Assembly (NCBI GenBank): GCA_963775425.1
Contig: CAVZJB010000014.1
Coordinates: 96,001-160,000, forward strand
Length of the DNA stretch: 64,000 nt
DNA from: an uncultured delta proteobacterium
Lineage (GTDB): Bacteria; Myxococcota; UBA727; VGSZ01
Reading direction: 5' to 3'
This document shows positions 39,718 to 52,109 of this stretch, piece by piece (within the stretch, counting starts at the first letter, position 1; every line of letters starts with the position of its first letter). Both the position numbers and the translations under genes were made by a program. A model generated the notes under the pieces. The model saw only the letters and a list, made by a program, of their open reading frames with translations, searched no databases and had not been told where the DNA came from.

Positions 39718-41892
<2,175 letters not shown>

Positions 41893-41942
41893 CGCAAGCG
41901 AACCCCCATGACGGCGGGGCGCCGGGTGGCTATGTGCCACCG

Positions 41943-43388
41943 GTGACCCGCGCGACATTCGAGAACCTCATCCGCCTCGGCGGCCGCCCGCAGGCGGTCC
42001 TGGTGGGCGTGCAGCTCCCGCACGTCGACGACGCCGCCCACCAGGCGTCCCTGCTCGAGCTCGGGCGCCTGGTGGAGACGCTCGGCTTCGACGTCGTGGG
42101 CGAGCTCTCCCAGAAGCGGACGGTGCTGGCGGCGTCGGCGGCGCTCGGCCCCGGCAAGCTCAAGGACCTCGCGGCCTGGACGGGCGGCACGGGCGAGGTG
42201 CCGTCGGGCGCCAAGCGCAAGGTGCAGCGAAAGGAGCTGCACAAGCCGTCGGCCGCGCCCATGGAGCTCGAGTCCGACGACGACGACGACGAGGACGAGG
42301 ACGAGGACGGTGCGGACGCCGGCGGCGACGAGGGCGCGGGCGGTCGCGACGCCAAGCGGTCGAAGGCCAGCGTCGTCATCGTCGACAACGAGCTGTCCCC
42401 GTCGCAGCTCAGGAACCTCGAGCGCGCCACCGGCGTCGAGGTCCTCGATCGCTCGGGCGTCATCATCGAGATCTTCCATCGGCACGCGCGCACCCGCGAG
42501 GCACAGCTCCAGGTGGAGATCGCGCGGCTCACCTACGAGGCGCCGCGGCTGCGGGAGAAAGAGCACTCGAGCGATCGTCAGCGCGGCGGCGGCGTCGGCG
42601 GCAAGGGTGACGACGAGCTGGAGCTCGATCGCCGCCGCATCCGCGACCGCATCGCCGAGCTGAAGCGCGAGCTGGCCACGCAGGCGCACGAGGCGGAGAC
42701 GCGGCGCTCGCGGCGAAAGGACGCCCTGCGCTGCGCGCTCGTCGGCTACACCAACGCCGGCAAGAGCTCGCTCATGCGCGCGCTCACGGGCAGCGAGGTG
42801 CTCGTCGCCGACAAGCTGTTCGCCACGCTCGGCACCACGGTGCGCGCGCTGCACCCGTACACCCACCCGCGCGTGCTCCTGAGCGACACCGTCGGCTTCA
42901 TCAAGAACCTGCCGCATGGCCTGGTGGCCAGCTTCCGCTCCACCCTCGACGAGGCGCACGAGGCCTCGCTGCTGCTCTTCGTCGTCGACGCGAGCGATCC
43001 CGCGTTCCGCTCGCAGCTCGACGTCACGCGCACCGTGCTCTCCGAGATCGGCGCCGAGGCCATCCCGTCGCTGCTCGTGCTCAACAAGAGCGACCGCCTC
43101 GACGACGCCGCGCGCGCGACGCTCGCCGCCGAGTACCCCGACGGGTTGATCATCAGCGCGTTCGAGCGTGACGACGTCAAGGCGCTCCGCGAGCGCATCG
43201 TCGAGCACTTCGAGCGCGGGATGGAGGAGGCCACGCTCATCGTCCCCTATACGCGCCAGAACGCGCTCGGCTCCATCCGCGAGAGCGCGCGCGTGGTGAA
43301 GGAGGACTGGGACGACGTCGGCGCCACGCTCGTCGTGCGCGCCCCACGGCAGAACCTCGAGCGCCTGCGTGCGCTCGTCGCCGGCTGA
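41943..43388 (+). CDS. hflX: GTPase HflX
   Basis: [35 protein letters not shown]. Confidence 0.95.
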   Translation: MTRATFENLIRLGGRPQAVLVGVQLPHVDDAAHQASLLELGRLVETLGFDVVGELSQKRTVLAASAALGPGKLKDLAAWTGGTGEVPSGAKRKVQRKELHKPSAAPMELESDDDDDEDEDEDGADAGGDEGAGGRDAKRSKASVVIVDNELSPSQLRNLERATGVEVLDRSGVIIEIFHRHARTREAQLQVEIARLTYEAPRLREKEHSSDRQRGGGVGGKGDDELELDRRRIRDRIAELKRELATQAHEAETRRSRRKDALRCALVGYTNAGKSSLMRALTGSEVLVADKLFATLGTTVRALHPYTHPRVLLSDTVGFIKNLPHGLVASFRSTLDEAHEASLLLFVVDASDPAFRSQLDVTRTVLSEIGAEAIPSLLVLNKSDRLDDAARATLAAEYPDGLIISAFERDDVKALRERIVEHFERGMEEATLIVPYTRQNALGSIRESARVVKEDWDDVGATLVVRAPRQNLERLRALVAG

Positions 43389-43407
43389 GCCGGGCCAGGG
43401 GGCTGCG

Positions 43408-44853
43408 GTGAAGTGTCCGCGTTGCCACGACGTCGAGCTCGTCGAAGGAGGCCCGCTGTCGTCGACGACGTGCCCGCGCTGCGGCGGCGGCCTCCTGCCC
43501 GAGGTCGGCCTCGCCACGCTCCTCGACGAGCTCAAGCACACGCGCGAGGAGCTCAGAGAGCTCGCGTCCCTCTACGCCGGCGCCCGCCTGCCGTGCCCGA
43601 GCTGCCGCTCGAAGATGTCCCCGCTCGTGCTGCGCGGCGAGCACGTCGACGTCTGCTTCGGCTGCGGCGCTTTGTGGCTCGACCGCGGCGAGCTGTCGTC
43701 GATCACGCTCGGCCGCCACGCGCTCCCCGCGCCCCGCGAGCCCGTCGACGAACAGGCGCTCGCGCGCAAGAGGGCGCTGGCGGCGCCGGCGCAGGCGCTC
43801 GTGCGCATCGATGAGCGCACCTTCGGCCGCCACCTCGCGCGCGCGGCGCTGGCCGGCGCGGGCGCCGTCGGCGTGATCTGGTCGGTGGTGGGCATCGCCC
43901 CGGGCACGTCGATGCTCATGGGCGTGGTGGCGCTTGGCGTCGCCGCGGGCCTGTCGCGCAGGAACACCTTCGAGGTCCACCCGCGCGCCGGCAACATGGT
44001 GCGGTGGCGCGGCTACTTCGCGCCCACGCCCGGCGCCGTCGCGGAGTCGCCCTTCTCTCCCGACAGTTGCGTCGTCGTCCGGCCCGCGCGTGCGCTCGGA
44101 CGCGTCTGGCCGGGCGTGATGCTCGACCTCGTCGACGCCGAGGGCCGCTTCCTCGCTCGCCTGCGCGGTCCCATCCCGGCGATGCGCGCGTGGACGGAGG
44201 CGCCCCGCTACGCGCGCGCCCTCGGGGTGTCCGTCCGCTTCGACCTCGACCCCGCGGCCGACGACGTCCTCGACGCCGAGCAGCAGATGCGCCCGGATCT
44301 GCCGCAGCTCGCGCTCCACGATCAGCTCCGCCTCGAGCCCGACGCCGCGGGGCGCGTGTTCGCGGTGCGCACGCCGGAGGGCGCGGCGGTCGGCACGGTC
44401 TCCGCGGAGATCGCGATGCGCGGCGCGCAGAAGGGCCTCGACGACGTGCTCGCCCAGCACTTCGTGTTGAGCGCGGACGGGGGCCCGAGCGTGCGTCTGT
44501 TCTCCACGGTGCAGCTCGGGCGCCGCGCGACCGTCCTCGTCCTCGACGGCGGCCACGTGCTCGGCCACGTCGCCGCCCGCCGCGGGGCGCTGTTCGACAC
44601 ATACGCGTTCGCGGGACCGCAGGGCCGCCGCTCGGCGACCGCCCGGCTCCGCCACGGCTCCTCCGCGGCTTTGCTCGTCGACGGCTACGGCCGTCGCGCG
44701 GGGACGCTCGCGGTCGGCGACGCCGCGCCCTCCGAGCCGCGGACGACCACGCTGCGCCTCGCGCCCGGTCGGCTCACCGGCGACGCTCGCGTCGGCCTCG
44801 TCGCCCTGGCGTTCCACGTCGCATTGGCGTCCGTCGTCACCGACCTCGACTGA
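43408..44853 (+). CDS. Membrane protein with tandem zf-TFIIB-like zinc ribbons
   Basis: CPRC..CPRC, CPSC..VDVCFGCGALWLDRGEL, two TM helices. Confidence 0.75.
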   Translation: MKCPRCHDVELVEGGPLSSTTCPRCGGGLLPEVGLATLLDELKHTREELRELASLYAGARLPCPSCRSKMSPLVLRGEHVDVCFGCGALWLDRGELSSITLGRHALPAPREPVDEQALARKRALAAPAQALVRIDERTFGRHLARAALAGAGAVGVIWSVVGIAPGTSMLMGVVALGVAAGLSRRNTFEVHPRAGNMVRWRGYFAPTPGAVAESPFSPDSCVVVRPARALGRVWPGVMLDLVDAEGRFLARLRGPIPAMRAWTEAPRYARALGVSVRFDLDPAADDVLDAEQQMRPDLPQLALHDQLRLEPDAAGRVFAVRTPEGAAVGTVSAEIAMRGAQKGLDDVLAQHFVLSADGGPSVRLFSTVQLGRRATVLVLDGGHVLGHVAARRGALFDTYAFAGPQGRRSATARLRHGSSAALLVDGYGRRAGTLAVGDAAPSEPRTTTLRLAPGRLTGDARVGLVALAFHVALASVVTDLD

Positions 44854-44888
44854 CGCTAAGGTCCGTGAGCACAACGCGGAGGACGACC

Positions 44889-45137
44889 ATGGCCGATCAG
44901 AAGTGGCAAGCGTGGGTCTGGGTGAAGTGGAAGCCGCAGGCGCCGTCGAACGCCTGGGAGACCTGGAAGGACAACAAGCAGATCGTCGGCGCGTGGTCGA
45001 CGATGGGCGAGTGGGACTCCTGCTTCTGGCTCGACGTGCAGACGCCCGCCGACCTCGAGGAGTTCGTCTGGAAGAACATCCGCAGCAACCAGTGGGTGGA
45101 GCACACGTCGACGACGTGGGCCAAGCGCTGGTGGTGA
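44889..45137 (+). CDS. Trp-rich stand-alone Lrp/AsnC ligand-binding-like protein
   Basis: AWSTMGEWD...DLEEFV..IRS..VEHTST pattern; RBS GGAGG. Confidence 0.75.
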   Translation: MADQKWQAWVWVKWKPQAPSNAWETWKDNKQIVGAWSTMGEWDSCFWLDVQTPADLEEFVWKNIRSNQWVEHTSTTWAKRWW

Positions 45138-45168
45138 CCCGCGGGCGCCGCGCGCGCGCCCGCCGCCG

Positions 45169-45582
45169 TCAGTTGTCCTGAGCGCCGTCGGCGATCCACT
45201 GCTCGATGGCGTCGCGGACGTTCTGCGGCAGGAGCTCTCCACCCTGCGGCATCGACTGCGAGTTGCCGAACGGCCCGTTGATCACGTGGAACAGCACGCT
45301 GCTGTCCGGGTCACCGGGCACCACGCGCTTCATCCCCGGGTTGTCGACGCTGTCGACGTTCACGAGCGTCCCGAACGGGTCGCCGACGAGGTCGAGCCCG
45401 TCCGCGGGCCCCGGACCGCCGTGACAGACGCTGGCGCTGCAGCTCACGCTGAACACCTTCTCGTGGAGGTCGGTGAGCGTGGGCTGCAGGGCCTCTCCCT
45501 CACCCTCTCCCTCGCCGCCGTCGCACGCGGCGAAGGCGCCGGCGACGCCGAGGGCCGCGAGCAGGAACACCACGCGGGTCAT
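45169..45582 (-). CDS. Lipoprotein with atypical Cx4CH heme-c-like motif
   Basis: FAAC lipobox, SCSASVCH, VVPGDPDSS.L, MP, IEQWIADGA. Confidence 0.75.
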   Translation of the reverse strand: MTRVVFLLAALGVAGAFAACDGGEGEGEGEALQPTLTDLHEKVFSVSCSASVCHGGPGPADGLDLVGDPFGTLVNVDSVDNPGMKRVVPGDPDSSVLFHVINGPFGNSQSMPQGGELLPQNVRDAIEQWIADGAQDN

Positions 45583-46073
45583 TCGCCCTCTCCTTCGCCT
45601 TCGCCCTCGCCCTCTCCTTCGCCCTCGCCTTCACCCTCTCCCTCGCCCTCGCCGGAGCAGGCGGCCGGGACGCAGCCCTTCTGGCTGTTGGGGTCGGCGG
45701 GGTCTCCCTCGCAGACGGCGTCGTCGCCGCAGTCCTCATCGCGGGAGCACGGACCGGTGCACATGGCGAGGTCTGTGTCGACCTGGTCGACGGTGCAGAA
45801 CAGGGAGTGGATATCGGCGTTCCCGTTGCACTCGCCGCCGCCCTTGGTGCACGGCTTGCCGACGCCGATGTTGTTGCCGCACCTGGGCAAGCACGGATCG
45901 CTCGGCGCGGGGAGGCCGAGCACCTCGTCACAGGGCTTGCACGCGCCGCTGTCACACAATTGCTCGGCGCCGCAATCGCCGTCCACGGTGCACTCCGCTT
46001 GCGGCTGATCGGCCGCAGGGGGGCACGCGGAGACGACGACGAGGAGCAGCGCGACGACGGTGAGGCGAGTCAT
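45579..46073 (-). CDS. Cys-rich lipoprotein with C-terminal (GE)n tail
   Basis: VSAC lipobox, many Cys, ends in GEGE... Confidence 0.8.
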   Translation of the reverse strand: MTRLTVVALLLVVVSACPPAADQPQAECTVDGDCGAEQLCDSGACKPCDEVLGLPAPSDPCLPRCGNNIGVGKPCTKGGGECNGNADIHSLFCTVDQVDTDLAMCTGPCSRDEDCGDDAVCEGDPADPNSQKGCVPAACSGEGEGEGEGEGEGEGEGEGEGEGE

Positions 46074-47014
46074 GAACCGCAGTTGATGAAGCCCTCGGGG
46101 AGGGCGGGGTAGTACACGAGGATGGCGTCGCACATCTCGTCGGGGAACGCGAGCGGCGAGCCGGTGTCGTTCACCCAATCACAGGTGACCTGCAGCGTGT
46201 CACCCTGATGGAACGTGAGCGGGTTCGACATGTCGAACTGGGTCACCGGCGGCGCGTCGCGATCGCTGCCGTTCCAGTTGGCCACGTCATAGATGGGGGT
46301 GACGTCGCCCGTCGGCGAGAGCCCCTCGATGGTGACGTGCTTGCCCCACTCGTGCATGTGGCCCGCGACCGCGGAGAACGTGAAGTCCTGGTCCAGGGTG
46401 CAGGCGGTGGTGTGCGTGTAGTGCTCGTTGTTCGCGGGGATCTCGAAGGACCCGTCGTTGATGACGAAGTACTGGGCTTCGATCCGCTGCTCACCGTCCT
46501 GGACATAGATGAAGTTGGCGACGTCGCGGACCAGGATGGGCTCGGGGTTGATGTTGACGTAGTGCGACTGCATCACCAGCGTGGTCCCGGCGGGGAGGCG
46601 AACCGCGAGCTGATCATTGAGGAGGTTGACCGTGCCTTCCTTGTTCTGCTGGTTGGGCGTCATGAACGGCTCGACGCTGGCCATGGCCTCGGAGCTGGTG
46701 CAGTCGAAGAGGTCGCCGGGCTGGCGCGGAATGATGCTCCGCATCGCGAGCATGTGGTGCCCGTTGCTGCCCTGGTAGGTCTCGACGCGATCGACCAGGT
46801 GCTCTTCGGTGGCAGTGAAGTCGGGCACCCAGCACCACATCTGATCGCCGCCGCCGGGGATCGTGATCTCCGGCCCGACGAGCTGGAAGCCGTCGCCCGG
46901 CGCCGGCGCGTCCGGGAGCGGGACGCGCTCGTCGATGGTGTCCGGCGGGGGGGGCGCGCCCTCGACGCACGCGACCGCGAACGCGAGGGGCAGAACGAGC
47001 ACGACAGCGCGCAT
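46070..47014 (-). CDS. Copper type II ascorbate-dependent monooxygenase-like lipoprotein
   Basis: HHM, QSHY, GHMH, EMC copper-ligand motifs; AVAC lipobox. Confidence 0.8.
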   Translation of the reverse strand: MRAVVLVLPLAFAVACVEGAPPPPDTIDERVPLPDAPAPGDGFQLVGPEITIPGGGDQMWCWVPDFTATEEHLVDRVETYQGSNGHHMLAMRSIIPRQPGDLFDCTSSEAMASVEPFMTPNQQNKEGTVNLLNDQLAVRLPAGTTLVMQSHYVNINPEPILVRDVANFIYVQDGEQRIEAQYFVINDGSFEIPANNEHYTHTTACTLDQDFTFSAVAGHMHEWGKHVTIEGLSPTGDVTPIYDVANWNGSDRDAPPVTQFDMSNPLTFHQGDTLQVTCDWVNDTGSPLAFPDEMCDAILVYYPALPEGFINCGS

Positions 47015-47092
47015 GTGGATCCTCCGCAAAGAAGCGGCAGCATCCCTCATGGACGCGTTGATGCAAGGGCCGATTCCGGTCCCCGGTGACCG

Positions 47093-48289
47093 TTACTTCA
47101 GCTTCAACCAACGCTTGGGGTTGTCGACGTAGACCTTGTGCAAGATCTCGGGAGAGATCCCGAGGCCCGCGTAGCGCCCGTCGCCGTCACGGCCCTTCTG
47201 GTAGTACTTCGAGAACGCGGCGGCGAGGTCGGTGGTGAAGGTGGTCTTCTCGAGGTCGTCGCGGGTGGTGGCGATGACCTTCTCGTACCAGCCCGGTGTC
47301 TTTTCGTGGTTGCCGGTGATGACGCTGTCGGTGCCCCAGCAGATCTGATCCTGGAACTCCGTGAAGAACGCGCGGAACTTGTCGAGCTCGGGCTCCATGG
47401 CCGCCATGCCGTCGGTGAGGATCTGGCGCGTGCCGAGGCTGGTGTCCGTGTAGATGTTCTTGTGGGTGCGCAGGATCGCCTCGAAGCGCTCCATGTTGCC
47501 GTCGTTGGGCCGCCAGAAGGTGACGCCGTAGTGCGGCACGAGCAGGTTCATCTTGCCGTGCTTCTTCATGACCCGCTCGAACTCATCCATGTATTTCCCG
47601 AGGTGGACGTGCCACAGCACGGGCAACTGCGTCTGCTCGAGGTAGCTGTAGATCGGGTCCATGTCGGCGGCGTCGAGTGGCCCGTCGTAGAAATTCGAGT
47701 GGCCCGAGTAGAGCTTCAGGCCCTTGCAGCCCATGGCCACGTGCTTCTTGAGCCGCTCGAGCTTGTCCGGATCCTTGGGGTCGAGAGTGCAGAACGGGAC
47801 GATCTCGCCGGGGTACTTCTTGGCGGCGTCGAGCACGACGTTCTCGAAGTTCTTCGACATGCTCGGCTCACCCTTCTGATCGCGCTTGCCCTCCAGCGTG
47901 AAGTTGGAGCTCGACAGGATGACGGTGGTGGCCACGCCCTGTTTGCGCGCCGCCGGGAGGTACTTGTCGAGGTCCTTCACCCGGTACAGGTGCTCGTGCA
48001 CGTTGATGGCGTTCGGGATGCGGGTGGTCTTGCCCGTCTGGAGCTCGATCTTGAGCGCGGCGTTCTCGGCCTTCAGCTCGTTCATCACCACGTCATCGTC
48101 GACGGGCTTGGGGCGGGGCAGGTCGGGGTGTCCGTCGGCGTCGTTGTCGTCGTCGTCGCGCTCCTTCCTGGGCGCCTTCTTCTTCTTTTTCTTCTTCTCC
48201 GACGCGGACTTGGAGTCCGTGTGCTGCGGGCAGCCCACGGTGATGGCGACGGTGGACGCGAGGAAGGCGAACAGGAGCGCACGGATCAT
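47093..48289 (-). CDS. Amidohydrolase-family lipoprotein
   Basis: INVHEH, GLKLY, PVLWH, PHYG, WGTD. Confidence 0.88.
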   Translation of the reverse strand: MIRALLFAFLASTVAITVGCPQHTDSKSASEKKKKKKKAPRKERDDDDNDADGHPDLPRPKPVDDDVVMNELKAENAALKIELQTGKTTRIPNAINVHEHLYRVKDLDKYLPAARKQGVATTVILSSSNFTLEGKRDQKGEPSMSKNFENVVLDAAKKYPGEIVPFCTLDPKDPDKLERLKKHVAMGCKGLKLYSGHSNFYDGPLDAADMDPIYSYLEQTQLPVLWHVHLGKYMDEFERVMKKHGKMNLLVPHYGVTFWRPNDGNMERFEAILRTHKNIYTDTSLGTRQILTDGMAAMEPELDKFRAFFTEFQDQICWGTDSVITGNHEKTPGWYEKVIATTRDDLEKTTFTTDLAAAFSKYYQKGRDGDGRYAGLGISPEILHKVYVDNPKRWLKLK

Positions 48290-48456
48290 TCCCCCCCTTT
48301 AGCGGCCGCGCCCCGCGGTGCCAACGCGAGCGGGTGAGGCGCCGCCGCCCCATCCTCCATCGAGCGTAGAACCGATCCCGGACGCGTCAGGACGCGGTCT
48401 CCCCGTACGGTGACCCGGTCGTCTGGGTTCTTCGAGAGCCCAAGCCCGGGGAGCCC

Positions 48457-49770
48457 ATGCGCGTCGCCGTCTTGTTCGGTCTGCCTCTCGTCGCCGCCGT
48501 CCCCCTGTTTGTCGCGGGCTGCCCGGCGGCGCTCCAGGACGAGGGCGCGCCCATCGACACCCGCGACAACGTCCTCGAGCAGGGCATGGTGGACTGCACC
48601 GAGTCGCAGGACACCGGCTACTCCCACGGCAACGCCTTCCCCATCACCGTCGTCACGGTCGACGGGAAGCCCCTCGAGGTGGCCACGGCCAACGCCTACG
48701 TCGTCATGCAGGCCGCGGCCGCCGCCGACGGCGTCGCGCTCCGCGTGGTCAGCGGCTTTCGCACCATGGCGGAGCAGCAGTACCTCTACGGCTGCTACGT
48801 CAACTGCAACTGCAACTCGTGCAACCTCGCGGCGGTGCCGGGCACCTCGAACCACCAGAGCGGCCACGCCCTCGACCTCAACACCGCCGACGGCGGCGTG
48901 CTCGACTGGCTGAACGCCCACGGGGCGGCGTTCGGCTTCGCGCGCACCGTGCCGTCCGAGGTGTGGCACTGGGAGTGGTGGGGCGGCGGCCCCGGCGGCG
49001 GCCCCTGCGGCGCCGATCAGGTGTGCCTGGACAACCCCGACACCGGCGGCTGCGACGGCACCGTCGTCACCCGCTGCGACGAGGACCACCACCTCGGCAG
49101 CGGGGACTGCGGCGTGTTCGGCGCCGGCTGCTCCACCGAGGGCGGCGCGCCGCACTGCGTGCACCCGCTCTGCCTCATCCACCTCGACGGCGGCGAAGAC
49201 GGCAGCTTCTGCACCGACGAGACCAGGATCGGCACGTGCGCCCTCGGGCAGTACAGCGAGGGCGACTGCGGCGCGTACGGCGGGCGGTGCTCCGAGACCG
49301 GCGGCGCCCACTGCGTGCACTACATGTGCTGGTCGAACCTCGACGGCGCCGAGGACGGCGCCTTCTGCAAGGACGCGGCGACGCTCGGCACCTGCACGCT
49401 CGGCGCCTACGTCGAGACCGCCTGCGACGCGGGCTGCGTCGACGACGGCGGCGCCCACTGCGCCGGCGCCCCGCCCCCCGCCCCGGCCGCCGACAATCCG
49501 CCCGCCGCCGATCCGCCCGCCGACGACGGCGTGAGCGCCGGCGACCCGGGCCCCGATGCGGCTGCGCACGCCGGCGAGGTGCCGCCCGGCGCCGACGAGG
49601 CCGACCCGAACGCGGGCGCGACGCCGGCGCGGTTGCCGCCGAGCGTCGACGACGGCGGCTGCGCTTCCACGAGGAGCGCGCCCGAGGCGCTCGGCCTCCT
49701 GGCGCTCGCCGTGGTGCGCGCCCGCAGGAGACGCAGGGCGGGTCCCCCGCATCGGAGACAAACACCATGA
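48457..49770 (+). CDS. M15B (VanY-like) peptidase with Cys-rich repeats and C-terminal anchor
   Basis: SGFRT, SNHQSGHALD, EVWHW. Confidence 0.88.
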   Translation: MRVAVLFGLPLVAAVPLFVAGCPAALQDEGAPIDTRDNVLEQGMVDCTESQDTGYSHGNAFPITVVTVDGKPLEVATANAYVVMQAAAAADGVALRVVSGFRTMAEQQYLYGCYVNCNCNSCNLAAVPGTSNHQSGHALDLNTADGGVLDWLNAHGAAFGFARTVPSEVWHWEWWGGGPGGGPCGADQVCLDNPDTGGCDGTVVTRCDEDHHLGSGDCGVFGAGCSTEGGAPHCVHPLCLIHLDGGEDGSFCTDETRIGTCALGQYSEGDCGAYGGRCSETGGAHCVHYMCWSNLDGAEDGAFCKDAATLGTCTLGAYVETACDAGCVDDGGAHCAGAPPPAPAADNPPAADPPADDGVSAGDPGPDAAAHAGEVPPGADEADPNAGATPARLPPSVDDGGCASTRSAPEALGLLALAVVRARRRRRAGPPHRRQTP

Positions 49771-51899
49771 AGGTCTCGAAGGCCGCGCGGCCGGCGCTGC
49801 TCGTCGGCGCCGCGCTCTTGTCCGTCGTCGTCACCAACGCCTGCGCCAACGACGTCGGCGCCGATGAGGACGAGCCGTTCGACGACCGCGCAAACGAGCT
49901 CGAGCAGGGCATCTACGACTGCACCGAGAGCGCCGCGACGGGCTACCGGAGCGGCAGCTCGTTCCCGATCACCGTCGTGCACGTCGACGCCAAGCCCGTG
50001 CAGGTGGACACGGCGAACGCGTACGTGGCGATGCAGGCGAAGGCCAAGCGCGCCGGCATCAACCTGCGCATCGTGAGCGGCTTTCGCTCCATGGCGGAGC
50101 AGCAGCACCTCTACAACTGCTACCTCACCGGGAGCTGCAACGGCGGCAACCTCGCCGCGCGGCCCGGCTACAGCAACCACCAAAGCGGCCACGCGCTCGA
50201 CCTCAACACGAGCGACGCCGGCGTCTACTCGTGGCTGTCCAACCACGCCCACGAATTCGGCTTCGCGCGCACGGTGCCGTCGGAGATCTGGCACTGGGAG
50301 TGGTGGGGCGACCGCGCCGAGCTCGACGGGCCCTGCGGCGTGCCGCAGATCCCCCACGAGTGCCGGACCGGCAACTACGACGGCGCCTATTGTGACGACG
50401 ACGGCAAGGCCGACGAGCAGAGCCACGATCACCTGCACGACGACCTCGGCGTCAACTTCCACTGCGGCGCCATGGGCGGAAACCCCGCCTTCTGCGGCCA
50501 CGACGACGCCTCACGCGCCAACTCCATGTACGTGCTGGGCGCGGCCGCGCACATCCCGCTGTCCGGCCACCCCGACGCGTTCGTCGACGACGACGGCAAC
50601 GCGCGCGAGCGCTATCTGAACGCGGCCAAGGACTACGGCATCCTGCTCGGCTACAGCGGCAGGCGCGTGAAGCCGAGCACCATCGCCACGCGCAACACCT
50701 TGGCGACGATGTTGGTGCGCATGTACAAGCTGCCCGCCGCCAGCCACGACTACTTCTACGACGACGACGGCGACGCCAGCGAAGCCACGCACAACAAGGT
50801 CGCCGCCGCGGGGCTCATCACCGGCTACGCCGACGCGCACCACACGCGCCGCTCGTTCAAGGGCACGAGCAAGGCCACGCGCGACACGCTCGCGACCATC
50901 GCGTGGCGCGCGCACCAGCGGGGCCTCGTGCCCGTCTGGGACATCCCCGACGCGTGCTTGCGCGGCGCGTTCGACGGCACCTTCTGCGACGACGACGGCA
51001 CGAGCACCGAGGCGAGCATCGAGCGCCTCGTCGGCGACCTCGGCGTGAGCTGGCACTGCCGGGACCTCGCCGGCCACCCGGCGTTCTGCCCGAGGATGGA
51101 GGCGTCGCGCGCCGACGCGATGTACGCGCTCGGCGCGGCGGCGGGCATCCCGCTCGGCGGCGACCCGGACGGCTTCCGCGACGACGACGGCCACCCGCGC
51201 GAGGCCTACCTCGACGCCGCCAAGGCGTGGGGCGTTCTCTACGGGTACAACGGCGGCCGCGACGTGAAGCCCGACAACGTCGCCACGCGCAACACGCTCG
51301 CGGTGATGCTCGTGCGCATGTACGCGCTGCCGGCGCCGCCGCCGGGGACGCCCGACGCGTTCAGCGACGACAACGGCACGAGCGGAGAGGCCGCGCACAA
51401 CAAGGTCGCGTACGCGGGGCTGTTCACCGGCTACGACGACGGACACGGCGGCCGCGAATTCCGCGGGTCCGGCTCGGCCACGCGCGGCACGCTCGCCATC
51501 CTGGCGGCGCGCGCGGCGGACGCGGGGCTCGTCCCGGTGTGGGCGCAACAGAGCATCGCGCCGTCGCCGGTCCCCGGCGACGACCCGGCCGCGGGCGGAG
51601 ACGCGCCCGGCACGGACAGCGGCGACCCCGCCGCAGCCGGCGACGACCCCGCGCCCGGCGTCGGCCCCACCGACGACGACCTCGTCGACGACGGCGCAAC
51701 TGGCCTCGACGGGGGCGGCCTCGACGGGGGCCGCCTCGGCGGCGGCGCGCTCGAGGCGCCGCCCGAGGGCCTCGGCGCTCCCCCGCGCCGGCCCGCGGTG
51801 TCCGCCGGCTGCACCGCGGTCACCGTCGACGTCGGCGGCGCCCACGCCGCGCTGCTCGCGCTCCTCGCGCTTCTCCGCCGCCGGCGCACCTGTCGCTGA
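49767..51899 (+). CDS. M15B peptidase with duplicated SLH-like region and MYXO-CTERM-like anchor
   Basis: SGFRS, SNHQSGHALD, EIWHW; repeats F.DDDG...P...ATR.TLA; GCTA...LRRRR. Confidence 0.88.
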   Translation: MKVSKAARPALLVGAALLSVVVTNACANDVGADEDEPFDDRANELEQGIYDCTESAATGYRSGSSFPITVVHVDAKPVQVDTANAYVAMQAKAKRAGINLRIVSGFRSMAEQQHLYNCYLTGSCNGGNLAARPGYSNHQSGHALDLNTSDAGVYSWLSNHAHEFGFARTVPSEIWHWEWWGDRAELDGPCGVPQIPHECRTGNYDGAYCDDDGKADEQSHDHLHDDLGVNFHCGAMGGNPAFCGHDDASRANSMYVLGAAAHIPLSGHPDAFVDDDGNARERYLNAAKDYGILLGYSGRRVKPSTIATRNTLATMLVRMYKLPAASHDYFYDDDGDASEATHNKVAAAGLITGYADAHHTRRSFKGTSKATRDTLATIAWRAHQRGLVPVWDIPDACLRGAFDGTFCDDDGTSTEASIERLVGDLGVSWHCRDLAGHPAFCPRMEASRADAMYALGAAAGIPLGGDPDGFRDDDGHPREAYLDAAKAWGVLYGYNGGRDVKPDNVATRNTLAVMLVRMYALPAPPPGTPDAFSDDNGTSGEAAHNKVAYAGLFTGYDDGHGGREFRGSGSATRGTLAILAARAADAGLVPVWAQQSIAPSPVPGDDPAAGGDAPGTDSGDPAAAGDDPAPGVGPTDDDLVDDGATGLDGGGLDGGRLGGGALEAPPEGLGAPPRRPAVSAGCTAVTVDVGGAHAALLALLALLRRRRTCR

Positions 51900-51912
51900 C
51901 GCGCGCGTGTCT

Positions 51913-51946
51913 GCGGCACGCGTTTGACCTCGGTCACGCGTGCCGC
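51913..51946 (+). terminator. Stem-loop after the M15 pair
   Basis: GCGGCACGCGT/ACGCGTGCCGC inverted repeat. Confidence 0.55.
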
Positions 51947-52109
51947 GGCGTCACGTTCCAACGGAACGCGGCGGCGCCTCGCGTTCCGCGCGCCGCGCGG
52001 CCGCGGATCGTCGCTGCGCCCCGGCGCCATGCGACGGGAGCAGAACCGGGCGCGCGGGGCCGGACCGGGATCGGTTCCTGCGAAAGGGGTCGCCACCAGG
52101 AGGTGACCC

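Noticed and set aside
48369-52077. 13-bp inverted match GAACCGATCCCGG (48369-48381) / CCGGGATCGGTTC (52065-52077) flanking the M15 pair
   Set aside because: No recombinase or transposase and no target duplication; a match this short is plausible by chance at this GC content.
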